64,000 bases of DNA from Promethearchaeota archaeon (GCA_016840165.1 JAEOSU010000009.1:16331-80330); one strand, 5' to 3'; shown: positions 1 to 10,036, counted from the first letter of the stretch. Notes: generated by a model from the sequence alone, not told the origin. Numbers and translations: made by a program.

Positions 1-482
1 CTTTTGTTTTGAATTTCAAAACAGTAAATAAAATTTAATTCATTAGTTTTCTTTATTAAATTCAATCGGCTGATTCTAAAATATTCAGATGGAACTCCTT
101 TCTCAATGTAATAAGAATCTACACCAACAAATACAGTCAATACTTGGAAGTTATATTGTTGTGTGAATTGGTTTAATGAGTGAGGTGTATATTGATTAAT
201 AGATTGGGTATTATAGATGTTAATACAGATTATCAGGGCATCCAAATTTTTCAGCTTAGAAGTTTCTTTAATCAACTGATCGAGGCTTTCTACTACAATT
301 AACCTAATTTTGAACGGGATTTCTTGATGAATCACCAAGTACTCATGAATATCATTGTTTTGACAATAATCAAGAGCAATTTGATAAAAATGTTGTTGAA
401 AAAGCTCTTTACAAGAATCTTCCATTCCCATAATCGCTAAATTGACGCTAAATCTAACTTTTTTCAAGCCCAATCTTTCCAA
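1..482 (-). CDS. Rab-like pseudo-GTPase, partial (runs off the left edge; not in the ORF track)
   Basis: Manual translation is open from TTG 482 (or 473/467) to the window edge: KKVRFSVNLAIMGMEDSCKELF...IPFKIRLIVVE...LDALIICINIYNTQS...LTVFVGVDS...RISRLNLIKKTNELNFIYCFEIQNK. The spacing follows the small-GTPase fold, but G1, G3 and G4 are degenerate. Confidence 0.6.
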   Translation of the reverse strand, partial: MERLGLKKVRFSVNLAIMGMEDSCKELFQQHFYQIALDYCQNNDIHEYLVIHQEIPFKIRLIVVESLDQLIKETSKLKNLDALIICINIYNTQSINQYTPHSLNQFTQQYNFQVLTVFVGVDSYYIEKGVPSEYFRISRLNLIKKTNELNFIYCFEIQNK

Positions 483-563
483 AAGAAATAATTAATCTTC
501 GTAATTTAACAATATAAATAAATAATATTTGTTTATTTATTAAAACCGGAAATTGTTGATTTC

Positions 564-1535
564 ATGCTGAAAATATATGGAAGCTTAACTTTTATGATAA
601 TCATGTGGAGCTTCTCTTTCATAATAGTTGATATCGGAATAGAATTTATCACACCTTTAACTTTAGCTCTATACAGGTTTATAATAGCATCAATGGCTTT
701 TGCAGTTATAGACATTATTCAAGTTTTTAAAAATAGAAAACCCAATGGGGCTCCAATCAACAAAAACGATAGAATAGTTTCTATAAGAAAAACACTCCTA
801 TTATTATTTTTTGCAAGCCTATCTGGAGTATCTCTTTTTTTTCTCAGTCAATATTTAGCTATTCAACTAATAGGGCCCTCTCTCCCTGCTCTATTTGTTT
901 GTTTATTAGCCCCGATTATTATTAGTGTTTTTGCTCTAATCTTTTTTAATGAAAAGTTAACAAAATTAAAGATACTAGGAATAATCATAGCTACATTTGG
1001 GAGTTTCCTTTTAATAACAGGCGGGGATATCTCAAATATTCTACCAAATTCTCCGAATTTCATAGGATATGTTCTAGCGCTTCTAACTCCAATATTATGG
1101 GCAATCTATTCAACTATTTCAAAACAATTAATTAAGAAATCGTCGAGTATAAAGATCAACAAATATATTTCATATTTGGGTCTACTTGAACTTTTCATAT
1201 TTGTTATAATATCTAATGAGTTTGGCATTTTCCTTTTAAATTTTACAAATGCAATTGTATTTTTATGTGCATTATATCTTGGATTAGGAAGCTATGTAAT
1301 TGGTTATTATATTTGGCAATACTCACAAACCAAGTTGAATTCATTAAAAGTTGCTTCATTTCTTTATATTGAACCATTTCTAACTCTAATTTTTTCACTC
1401 TTATTGGCAAGAAACGAGCTAATCGTATTGGGAAACATTGTAGGAGGAATTATAGTATTGCTGGCAGTTTTTATTATTAATTATGATAAAACAAGAAAAA
1501 AAGATTTGAATCCAAAAATTAGTGTCTCTTTATAA
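564..1535 (+). CDS. EamA/DMT family transporter
   Basis: About 10 TM helices in two repeats; motifs PLTLALYRF, FFNEKL, WAIYSTISK, FLYIEP. Confidence 0.9.
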   Translation: MLKIYGSLTFMIIMWSFSFIIVDIGIEFITPLTLALYRFIIASMAFAVIDIIQVFKNRKPNGAPINKNDRIVSIRKTLLLLFFASLSGVSLFFLSQYLAIQLIGPSLPALFVCLLAPIIISVFALIFFNEKLTKLKILGIIIATFGSFLLITGGDISNILPNSPNFIGYVLALLTPILWAIYSTISKQLIKKSSSIKINKYISYLGLLELFIFVIISNEFGIFLLNFTNAIVFLCALYLGLGSYVIGYYIWQYSQTKLNSLKVASFLYIEPFLTLIFSLLLARNELIVLGNIVGGIIVLLAVFIINYDKTRKKDLNPKISVSL

Positions 1536-1564
1536 CCACTTGGGGGATTAGAGACTGATTTTCG

Positions 1565-3010
1565 TTATAAATTGGACTTCTCAATTCTATTTAATTCCCT
1601 CAAGAGATCCTCTTCAATGGGTATTAATGGTGCTTTTTTCTCTAATTTTAAGGCCTCCACTCTTGCGCGACTTCTCGCAGAATTCGACCCTAACATTCTC
1701 CACGAATCTCTTGTGGCTCGATCAACTATTGGACCAGTAAAAAGCAACTCTTCTCTAAATAACTTTAAAGTACTGGGATGTGATAGTAATTCTTGCTTAT
1801 CATCATAATCCTTTAGTATCTCTGAAGCAAATGGAGAACCATAATCTGTAATTCCTTTTAAGAATCTTTTTACCATACCACATATCTCATTATCTATTAG
1901 TAGTTTTTCTATGCTTTGAGTTGATTCAAAATCAAGCATTCCGGGACCAGATATCATATTTATCCCAGCGATACCTGCAAGTAAAGCACCCATTCCAGCT
2001 TCAAATCCCGCTTGGGCATCGGGAACTTTTGAATCACTTAAGCTCATATAGGCATGTGTTGGTAAGTTGAGGAATTTTCCCATTTCAACATCTCCTAAGT
2101 TAATCATCATAGTCTCAATTGCACCCATTGGAGTAGTTCCTGTTTTCATGTCTAGTATCGCTGGTGAACCTCCCCATATTATTGGAGCTCCTTTTCTTGA
2201 TAATTGAGCAATAACAACTCCAGCTAAACTTTCAGCACAATGTTGAGTTATCGAACCTAAAAGAGTTACAGGGGCACTCGCACCAGCTAAGGGCATCGAA
2301 ACAAACTCGGATGGTATCATGCTTTTTGCAGCATCAATAACCGATTGAGTAGTTAAATCGGACCATTTGAGAGGGGGGCTCGGACATGCATCGAATATAG
2401 CTAATGGCTTTTCAGCAAGGGCTTTTTCTGAGTTTCGACAAGTTAGTAATAATTCCCGCATAATCGAGAAGCTTTCCACGCGAAATGTACCAGTAATTAC
2501 GGGCTTATAACAATATGTTAGCGCTAAATAGAGTCTATGCCAATCCTGAGCGTTCTTGGGAACATCTTGGTAGATTAAGGCGGTACTTTGAGCATCGATA
2601 TACGGCAAATGCTCTACAATTTTTGAAAATCGAATAAAATCCGCAGACTGGGCATTTCGAATCTCTCCAGTTTGCTCATCTAAGATCAATATTGCAGCAG
2701 AACCGGGATCATAATTAACCTGATCTCCACTTAGTGTGAGATGATTTTGTCCCTCTCTATCATATAGTTTAACCTCATCTGGTACACTTTTTAAACACCG
2801 ATCAATAAGATCTGGTGGAATAAAAAATCGTGAATTTTTCTCTGGTAGTCCTTCTCGTTGGAAAAGTTCGGCGGCATCTCGATTTTCGACAAAAATTCCT
2901 TGAGTTTTTAATATGCTTTTAGCTTCTTCTAAAATTTTAGTTCTATACTCATCATTTAATATACTAATTTTAGGCCTAATTATGGTCATAGTTATTTTTT
3001 CATTCCTCAA
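1565..3010 (-). CDS. Trimethylamine methyltransferase (MttB) superfamily protein, non-pyrrolysine
   Basis: MPLAGASAPVTLLGSITQHCAESLAG, GAPIIWGG, DSKVPDAQAGFE, GMLDF...SIEKLLIDNEI; no in-frame TAG. Likely start is the ATG near 2989. Confidence 0.88.
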   Translation of the reverse strand: MRNEKITMTIIRPKISILNDEYRTKILEEAKSILKTQGIFVENRDAAELFQREGLPEKNSRFFIPPDLIDRCLKSVPDEVKLYDREGQNHLTLSGDQVNYDPGSAAILILDEQTGEIRNAQSADFIRFSKIVEHLPYIDAQSTALIYQDVPKNAQDWHRLYLALTYCYKPVITGTFRVESFSIMRELLLTCRNSEKALAEKPLAIFDACPSPPLKWSDLTTQSVIDAAKSMIPSEFVSMPLAGASAPVTLLGSITQHCAESLAGVVIAQLSRKGAPIIWGGSPAILDMKTGTTPMGAIETMMINLGDVEMGKFLNLPTHAYMSLSDSKVPDAQAGFEAGMGALLAGIAGINMISGPGMLDFESTQSIEKLLIDNEICGMVKRFLKGITDYGSPFASEILKDYDDKQELLSHPSTLKLFREELLFTGPIVDRATRDSWRMLGSNSARSRARVEALKLEKKAPLIPIEEDLLRELNRIEKSNL

Positions 3011-3016
3011 TCTTAA

Positions 3017-3889
3017 TTAGATTAACTTTTTAATTTGATTAATTGTTTTGGGAGATGTACCACAACAACCTCCCACAATCTTTACTCCTATTTCAATCAT
3101 CTTATAAATATGGTTTACAAACTCTTCCACAGGCTGATCATAATATATTTGCCCATTAGACTCCACTCTTGGTTGTCCGGCATTTGGTTTTATTGAGATT
3201 GGTAATTCAGTACACTTTTTCATTTCCTTTAGCAAATCTATCATATCGAGTGATCCTAAGGTGCAATTTGAACCAATTACATCCACTTTGCTCTCTTCTT
3301 GAGTTTTAATACATTTCTCAAGACTATCTCCCATAATGGTGAAAAAGCCTCTCTTTGTTCGTTTATAAGTCATTGAGCTGATGATTGGTTTTGAAGAAAC
3401 TTTCTTGATAGCATCTATTGCCGCTTTCATTTCATCGATATCAGAAATAGTCTCAATATGCCATAAATCAACTCCCATTTCTAATATTTCTGCTTGTTTT
3501 AAGAAACTTTCATACCACTCCTCAGGGGTAACTTTTCCAACCGGGGATTTAAAATATCCTGACGGACCAACATCACCCACAATAAGTTTACCATTAGGAC
3601 GAACCGCATTGATATTTTTAATCGCACTTTGATTTATTTCTTTAATTCTCTCTTCAAGTCTGTATTTCTTTAGATTAAGGTAACTCGAACCAAATGTGTT
3701 AGTTTGAACCATATCTGACCCTGCATCGAAATATGCTTTATGAATTTCTGAAATAACCTCTGGTTTTTCGATATTCAAGAGATCTGGCAACATTCCTGGT
3801 TTGATACCCCGTTTAAAAATCTCAGTACCCATACCCCCATCAAAAAGAATCACCTTAGAGTTATCCTCCAATAATTTATTAAATAGCAT
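3017..3889 (-). CDS. Homocysteine S-methyltransferase domain protein (MetH N-terminal module, stand-alone)
   Basis: LFDGGMGT, AGSDMVQTNTFG, GDVGPSG, IETISD, Zn ligands in GSNC and GGCCGT, KPNAGQP. Confidence 0.92.
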   Translation of the reverse strand: MLFNKLLEDNSKVILFDGGMGTEIFKRGIKPGMLPDLLNIEKPEVISEIHKAYFDAGSDMVQTNTFGSSYLNLKKYRLEERIKEINQSAIKNINAVRPNGKLIVGDVGPSGYFKSPVGKVTPEEWYESFLKQAEILEMGVDLWHIETISDIDEMKAAIDAIKKVSSKPIISSMTYKRTKRGFFTIMGDSLEKCIKTQEESKVDVIGSNCTLGSLDMIDLLKEMKKCTELPISIKPNAGQPRVESNGQIYYDQPVEEFVNHIYKMIEIGVKIVGGCCGTSPKTINQIKKLI

Positions 3890-3917
3890 TTTCTATTTCA
3901 CCATTTTCCCAATAATT

Positions 3918-4568
3918 CTAAGTATGACTCATCAAATGCTTAACTAACTTTACTGCTTCAACCGCATTATCTGCATAACCATCCGCTCCACTCTCTTCAA
4001 CCCAAGATGGAGTAACTGGAGCACCACCTAAAATTACCTTAAAATTACCTCTAATTCCTCTGGATTCCAACAAATCAATAACTTTTTTCTGCCCGAACAT
4101 TGTTGTAGATAATAACGCCGATACTCCGATTATGTGTGCTTTTTTTTCAATGGCGGTTTCTACGATAGTTTCTGCGGAGATATCTGCTCCTAAATCGTAG
4201 ACTTCGAATCCATTTGCACTCAACATCGTGCCTACTATCGTTTTTCCAATTGAATGAATATCTCCTTCGATCGTTGCAATCACAATCCGTCCTAAAATAA
4301 TACCCTTATCTGATGATTTTAGGGAAGGTAAAAGAATTTTCATACATTCTTGCATAATAGTTCCACCAAGCATCAATTCAGGTAAGAAAAATTCACCATC
4401 TTCCCATAAATCACCAATACGACGTATTCCTTCTCCAAATCCTCTCTCGATTGTCTTAATTAAATCCATATCCTCATTAATAGCCTTAGTGGCTAATTCA
4501 ATCGCTTTTTCTTTATCTAAACTTACTATAGCATCAGAAATTTCTTTATAAAATTCTTCTTGAGACAA
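3918..4568 (-). CDS. Corrinoid (B12-binding) protein, MttC/MtbC type
   Basis: Cap domain (GEFFLPELML), DxHxxG motif (EGDIHSIGK), SALLSTT, GGAPVT, GADGY. Confidence 0.93.
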   Translation of the reverse strand: MSQEEFYKEISDAIVSLDKEKAIELATKAINEDMDLIKTIERGFGEGIRRIGDLWEDGEFFLPELMLGGTIMQECMKILLPSLKSSDKGIILGRIVIATIEGDIHSIGKTIVGTMLSANGFEVYDLGADISAETIVETAIEKKAHIIGVSALLSTTMFGQKKVIDLLESRGIRGNFKVILGGAPVTPSWVEESGADGYADNAVEAVKLVKHLMSHT

Positions 4569-4660
4569 AAATATTTCTCTCGATACTTAATTAATTATAA
4601 GTTTAACAATATTTAGGTTAATTAATTAAAATTTCGAAAATGAAAAAAACCACTAACCAT

Positions 4661-7600
4661 TCATCTTAAAATTTCATGATGTAAACTTTCAATAAATTCA
4701 TTAAAATTATCTCGATTAAATTTGACATATAACATTGGCATTAATAAAATTGGAATAAACTTATCATTTTCACAGACAGGAATAATTTTTATTAATCCTT
4801 TTTTGCTAATTTGATAAGCTGACTGCCATTCACCCTTTACAGCTTCAGATTTCATAGAGTTCTCAGAGCAAAAAAGAATAAAGGTATTACTCTTCCTAAG
4901 TGTTTTTTCCATGAAATCTACAATATTCTCCCCACTATCAGCTTCCCAAAAAGAAATTTCTTCAATTTCAGAATATACTTTTAAGTTTTCTACAATAATT
5001 GGAATTTGAAAATAATCCGAATCTTTTGTAGCATAGCTAATAAATATTCTTTTTTTTGGGATTTCTTTAGAAATACGCAGCAGCTCTTTAAAATTTAGCT
5101 TTGGTTTACTTACTGTCGCCTTAGATGCCAGTACTCTATTAGATTCTTCTGCAATTTCACGAATTTCACTTAATCTAGGAGATTGACTGATTTCCACGGG
5201 GCAAGCAGGAGCGAATATGCCCACCGTACTTCTTGAAATCGAAGGTTCTTCAATCGTACTAAGAGCAGAAATTAATATTAATTCTTCTTTTTGCACTCTT
5301 TCCAATTTGGTTAGAACTTCAATCTCTTTATCTTTATGGCCTGCTTTGCTGAACAATTCTGCAGCAGATTTTAAATACCCCGATCCAATCCTTAAAAGCT
5401 TTTTTCTTTTATCAAGATCTAACTCCTCATCGACTCTGATTAAATGCCATGCCGCATCAAAATAAGTTGAAGTAGCTAAAGCCCAATCAGCTGCATTATT
5501 GAAATTCCCTTTTTCATATAAAGAAGCCGCTTTCCTAAGCTTAGATTTAATTTTCGAGTAATGCTCTGTTTTTGTTTCTTTTTCAAGGGATTCATCAAAT
5601 TTACATCCAAATTCTAGTGCTTGACAAAATGCAGAATTTCCCGAAGCAAGTAATTTAAATTTAGTATCAGTAAAACTATTGCTAGCTCTTTTGAATAAAT
5701 TTCCTGCTTCTGCAAACCGTTCAGGATCTCCATACTTTTCAGCAAGCGTCATATTCTCCCAAGCTCGGCAAAGATAGTATATTGATTCAAGTTCTCTTCG
5801 CTCTCGCTCTACTTTAAATACAGTACAAATTATTCTAAATTGCGAAGCAGCAGTCGCAAATTTTTCAGCAGCTTCAAGTAAATTACCACGTTTACTTAAG
5901 ACTCTTCCTTTTTCAAGTTTAATTCTAGAAGAACAATAATCTTTCCTGATTTTAGCTACTTTCTCAAGTTTTTCAATTGTTTTCCTTTCTTCTTTAGAAT
6001 ATTTAGATGTATCTCCTAGTTTTTTTATTGTATTTTTGAAAGCGATTTTAGTCATCTTATAAATTCTAATGGCTTCTTCTTGTTTCCCTTGTTTACTAAA
6101 ATCTTCTGCTTCTTCTAATAAAGCCCATGCTGTGTAATAAGGTGCTTCATAATTGTATTTACGCACTTTTTTTAGAATTATAACTGCTTGCTCATAACTT
6201 TCTTTCGCTTTTATATGTTTCTCTCTTTTATGATAACTTTTAGCGCTTTCTATTAAACTCCAAGCATGAGCGTATCTTATTTTTTCTTGAACTCTCTTTT
6301 TAAGCGGTTTATATTCAACATTTTTTAGTGATTCTCTATGAATTTCTTGAGCCCTTTTATAATTTTCTGCCGATTCATCGTGATTACCCATTCTATCTTC
6401 GATACGTGCAATATATTCATGAGTAGCGGCAGCAAGGGAATTGTGTCCTCTTTTTAGACATTCATCAATGGTTTTAAGAAACAATTTTTTAGCTTCAATT
6501 AATGGATTAATATCTACTTTAGTGATACCTAATTCTTCAAGAAGAAGTCCTAATCTAACTTGTCCTACTATATTACCAGTACGAGACTCAACAGCATGTT
6601 TTATATATTTTTTAGAAGCATCTATGGCAGCTTCTAACATTTTTATCTTTTTTTGCTTGTTTTTTGCAATATCTGCCATAGTTTTATATGCTCTATATTG
6701 AGACGAATTAAATGATGCTGCTGCATTACCTCCTCTGTATGTTTCCCCAATATCTTTAGCTTGTTTAGCATAATAAAGCATTTTTCGAGCGTATCTATCT
6801 TGTTGTTCTTTTTCTGTAGTGAGAATTGCCATTTGTGAGTAAGACCAAGTAAGCAGTTGGAAAGCCCATACACAAAAAGGACCGAAAGCGAGATTTTTTA
6901 GTGAATTTTTGGTATAACTAATCCCTTTTTTAGCGTAAATTTCCCTCTCGTTTAGTGAAATAAAACTTCTCTGAGCAAAATTTCCATAATAAAATCCTGG
7001 TAAGAAATTGGAATAAAAATACCAGAGACTATTTTCATCTTCATATATTTTTCCTAAATCTATAATTTCATTTATATCATTAATAATCCTCTTTTGGAGA
7101 TAATTAAATCTACCACTAACTATTGCCCATAAATTTAACCAAAATAATGAAAGAATCGTAATTTTTTTTTCATTTGAATCCATGGCATAACTTAATCCCT
7201 TTTCATGGTATTCTAATCCTTTAAGAAAGTCTAATCTTTGGTCCCGTTCATCTTCAATAAAGTGAAATGCATAAGCAGAATATATAAAACCTGTTGCAAA
7301 ATTAATCATAGCAAGGATGGAATTATCAACGCAACCCTCAACTCTCTGTATACTTTCATCACATTTTAATAGGAATTCTCTTGTATATTGCTTATAAAAA
7401 TGCTCTCGTTTAAACGGCATTATAAAAAATATGATATGTAGATTAATAAAAAATTCAGCAAACAAGGATTCTGCCAGAATTTGAATATTTTCTTTTTCTT
7501 TTAAAATCTTCCAGATTTTATCCAAAATCTCCCTAGCTTTTTGAAAAATCTCTTCAATTTCTTTATTATCACTACAATATGAGGTTATTAATCCTAAAGT

Positions 7601-8056
7601 AATTGCAGCTCGACTAAAAACTCGTGCTCTACCCATTTGATTATCGTCTTTAGAATAACTTTCACTTGCCCTAATAAATAGATCATATGCTTTACTAAAT
7701 GATTCCTTTGCTTTAGCTACAGATTCGGTTATAAAACCGATATAATAACAAACTTCAGCCTTATTTTCTAATTCATCAGATTGCATCTCAACTTCTTTAA
7801 AAAGATTTGCTGCTTCAGTATAAGCTTTAATGGCATTACTGTACATCTCTCTATGATCTTCTACCGTTTCTACGGTATCAGCGGCTCTAGCATTTGCATA
7901 TCCGGACTTCCTATAAAATTCTGCAGCCTTTTCCATCTCATTTTCAATTAGGAAAGAATTAGCGGCTTTTTCATATAATGATGCTGCTTTTACCCAGTTG
8001 TAATTTCTTTCTTCTATAAGAGCTTGCTCTAAAGATCCATTTTCAACTTCTAACAT
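4661..8056 (-). CDS. Large TPR/SNAP-like helical-repeat protein with C-terminal TIR domain
   Basis: Repeated AAxxYEKAA-type helices over about 950 aa. The C-terminus has TIR box 1 (IFISYATKD), FWEAD..GE, FILFCSENS, SEAVKGEW and IIPV. Confidence 0.85.
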   Translation of the reverse strand: MLEVENGSLEQALIEERNYNWVKAASLYEKAANSFLIENEMEKAAEFYRKSGYANARAADTVETVEDHREMYSNAIKAYTEAANLFKEVEMQSDELENKAEVCYYIGFITESVAKAKESFSKAYDLFIRASESYSKDDNQMGRARVFSRAAITLGLITSYCSDNKEIEEIFQKAREILDKIWKILKEKENIQILAESLFAEFFINLHIIFFIMPFKREHFYKQYTREFLLKCDESIQRVEGCVDNSILAMINFATGFIYSAYAFHFIEDERDQRLDFLKGLEYHEKGLSYAMDSNEKKITILSLFWLNLWAIVSGRFNYLQKRIINDINEIIDLGKIYEDENSLWYFYSNFLPGFYYGNFAQRSFISLNEREIYAKKGISYTKNSLKNLAFGPFCVWAFQLLTWSYSQMAILTTEKEQQDRYARKMLYYAKQAKDIGETYRGGNAAASFNSSQYRAYKTMADIAKNKQKKIKMLEAAIDASKKYIKHAVESRTGNIVGQVRLGLLLEELGITKVDINPLIEAKKLFLKTIDECLKRGHNSLAAATHEYIARIEDRMGNHDESAENYKRAQEIHRESLKNVEYKPLKKRVQEKIRYAHAWSLIESAKSYHKREKHIKAKESYEQAVIILKKVRKYNYEAPYYTAWALLEEAEDFSKQGKQEEAIRIYKMTKIAFKNTIKKLGDTSKYSKEERKTIEKLEKVAKIRKDYCSSRIKLEKGRVLSKRGNLLEAAEKFATAASQFRIICTVFKVERERRELESIYYLCRAWENMTLAEKYGDPERFAEAGNLFKRASNSFTDTKFKLLASGNSAFCQALEFGCKFDESLEKETKTEHYSKIKSKLRKAASLYEKGNFNNAADWALATSTYFDAAWHLIRVDEELDLDKRKKLLRIGSGYLKSAAELFSKAGHKDKEIEVLTKLERVQKEELILISALSTIEEPSISRSTVGIFAPACPVEISQSPRLSEIREIAEESNRVLASKATVSKPKLNFKELLRISKEIPKKRIFISYATKDSDYFQIPIIVENLKVYSEIEEISFWEADSGENIVDFMEKTLRKSNTFILFCSENSMKSEAVKGEWQSAYQISKKGLIKIIPVCENDKFIPILLMPMLYVKFNRDNFNEFIESLHHEILR

Positions 8057-8306
8057 TATTAATCATACTTCTTTCGGGGCGAAACCAAACAAAAAAATAT
8101 TATAATTAATAATTTGCATAATGAATTAATATGTCTTATTACATTAATGTAAATTTAATTTTAGGAAGTTATTAGAGAAAGTCTGGTTCTATTTGGGATA
8201 ATCTTATTATTCCATTGTTAGCAGATTATTTAACTGAATAAATTATATTATCTCACACTATACTAAACTAAAAAATTGTAAATAATAATCAAATGGTGAT
8301 GTTAAA

Positions 8307-8798
8307 ATTCCCCGACGATATTATGCTAAAGCTAAAAAAACCTATGCCAAAGATCAATCTTTCGAGCAGGATCAAGTTGGAGAGGAAAAAGAACGCTATC
8401 TAGTGAGCATAGAGTTAATGAGCTTAAAGACTACAAAGGATTATGACATATTCGGCTGGCGTGGTGAGTTCTATTTCAAAATCGATTCCGAGGATAAATT
8501 ATTTAAGGCTCGTTGGCCCAATAAAGGAGAGATCAAATTACAAAGGAATCAAGAATTTACTTCAAAAGCAGATATGTCTCTCTGGAGCCAATTTATTACG
8601 GTGAGGGCAGATGAAAGTATTATACTTCCAATAAAAGTGATATTAAGAGAGAGAGACCCAATTCAGAAAGACAAGACTGTCGCAAAACAAGTGTTTGAGA
8701 TTAGATTACCCCAAAAAACAGAGTATGTAATTCTTCAGGATGACGATGAAGATACTAAAGCTAAACTCCGTATCCAAGCAACTAGAACGAGATATTAA
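8307..8798 (+). CDS. C2-domain-like beta-sandwich protein (ORF-track start 8403; frame open from 8289, probable ATT start 8307)
   Basis: VSIELMSLKTTKDYDIFGWRGEFYFKI and IKVILRERDPIQKDKTVAKQVFEI resemble C2 strands and loops. SD-like GGTGAT at 8295-8300. Confidence 0.55.
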   Translation: MPRRYYAKAKKTYAKDQSFEQDQVGEEKERYLVSIELMSLKTTKDYDIFGWRGEFYFKIDSEDKLFKARWPNKGEIKLQRNQEFTSKADMSLWSQFITVRADESIILPIKVILRERDPIQKDKTVAKQVFEIRLPQKTEYVILQDDDEDTKAKLRIQATRTRY

Positions 8799-8830
8799 CT
8801 TTATCTTTTTTCTTAATTAATTTTTATTTT

Positions 8831-9982
8831 TTATTTTAGGGTAAATTTCTCATACTTAGATTCGCACGGATGGTTATCAGTAACCCAAAATTCCTTCTTT
8901 TGAGGTAAAACGATTATTGAACCTAAAGTTCCTGCAGCAGGACCATGCGTGCAAACTGTAAAATCATCTGGTTCCCTATTATCATGATCTCTTAAAATTT
9001 CTTTAATAATTTCAATGCTAATTTGTCCATGATACTTGTTCAGAAGTTCAATTTCTCTATTGTACCGCCTTATAGGGGATTCTATAGGACTTATATCCAT
9101 ATCATCCATTTTAAATCGAACATACTCTGGCAAATTAGCGTCTTTAAGCTCTTCTGACTGGTAATGGTTTGTGTGGGCTAGAATTCCGTTGTTAGGTCTA
9201 CGAATCGCATAACGAGTGCTTGTAGTCTCAATAACACAAGTGTCGCCTGAATTGTCCATTAAACCACAATGGAAGCCATTTGCTCGAGCAGGAAAATTAG
9301 ATATAAAATCAATGGCTTCTTGAGTTGTTGCGCAAGTTTCTAATGCTTCCTGTATGATGAATGTAGCGGGAACACCTTTTAATCTGAAATCTAGTGGTTG
9401 CTTTTTCCACGACCGACCAAAATTATACCCTATAGCTAAACCTTTCTCATTTAACCCCATATGACAACCAACTAGTGGATATTGTGTAAAATTCAAATTT
9501 TTATATCCATTATCTGGTCTTTCTTTACGGACTACCTGAAAAGGTTGGAGAACGTTAGGAAAATCATAATTTCTTCCAAAAATCATCGAATTATCAATCG
9601 TTGCCTCCGAATAGGCAAAAATCATTGAACAAGCGGGAACTGGGGGGTTTTTATATATTGATTTGGGATCACCAGACATAACCTCTATAAAATGACCACC
9701 ATAAATCAATCCTTTGCTTATACCAGCTGCTTTGCTCAGAGCATTCATCTTCTCATGCTGGTTGGGAAGGAGATGTGATAATGATTTTTTAATATTTCTT
9801 TTTCCCATTACACCTAGAGCAAATTTAATAATGGAAAGTGGTATCCATTTAGAAGTCACTTCAGAAAACATTTTTGAGTGTAAGACTGTATCAAATGTAG
9901 TATAAATTTTTTCTTTTAACTGTTCTCCTTGTTGAAAACCACGCTCAGCGGGATTTCCTTCTATCTTTATATAATCCACCAT
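8831..9982 (-). CDS. C45 family Ntn-hydrolase/acyltransferase (acyl-CoA:6-APA acyltransferase-like)
   Basis: Autoproteolytic Cys in ACSMIF, GRNYDF, GLNEKGLAI, HTNHY. Confidence 0.88.
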   Translation of the reverse strand: MVDYIKIEGNPAERGFQQGEQLKEKIYTTFDTVLHSKMFSEVTSKWIPLSIIKFALGVMGKRNIKKSLSHLLPNQHEKMNALSKAAGISKGLIYGGHFIEVMSGDPKSIYKNPPVPACSMIFAYSEATIDNSMIFGRNYDFPNVLQPFQVVRKERPDNGYKNLNFTQYPLVGCHMGLNEKGLAIGYNFGRSWKKQPLDFRLKGVPATFIIQEALETCATTQEAIDFISNFPARANGFHCGLMDNSGDTCVIETTSTRYAIRRPNNGILAHTNHYQSEELKDANLPEYVRFKMDDMDISPIESPIRRYNREIELLNKYHGQISIEIIKEILRDHDNREPDDFTVCTHGPAAGTLGSIIVLPQKKEFWVTDNHPCESKYEKFTLK

Positions 9983-10036
9983 AAATAATTCATCTCATTA
10001 TAACTAATATATAATTTATAATATAATCGAAAATCA

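Noticed and set aside
1565-3010. Pyrrolysine-containing TMA methyltransferase / methanogenesis
   Set aside because: No in-frame TAG, no pyl genes and no CoM methyltransferase or mcr in the window.
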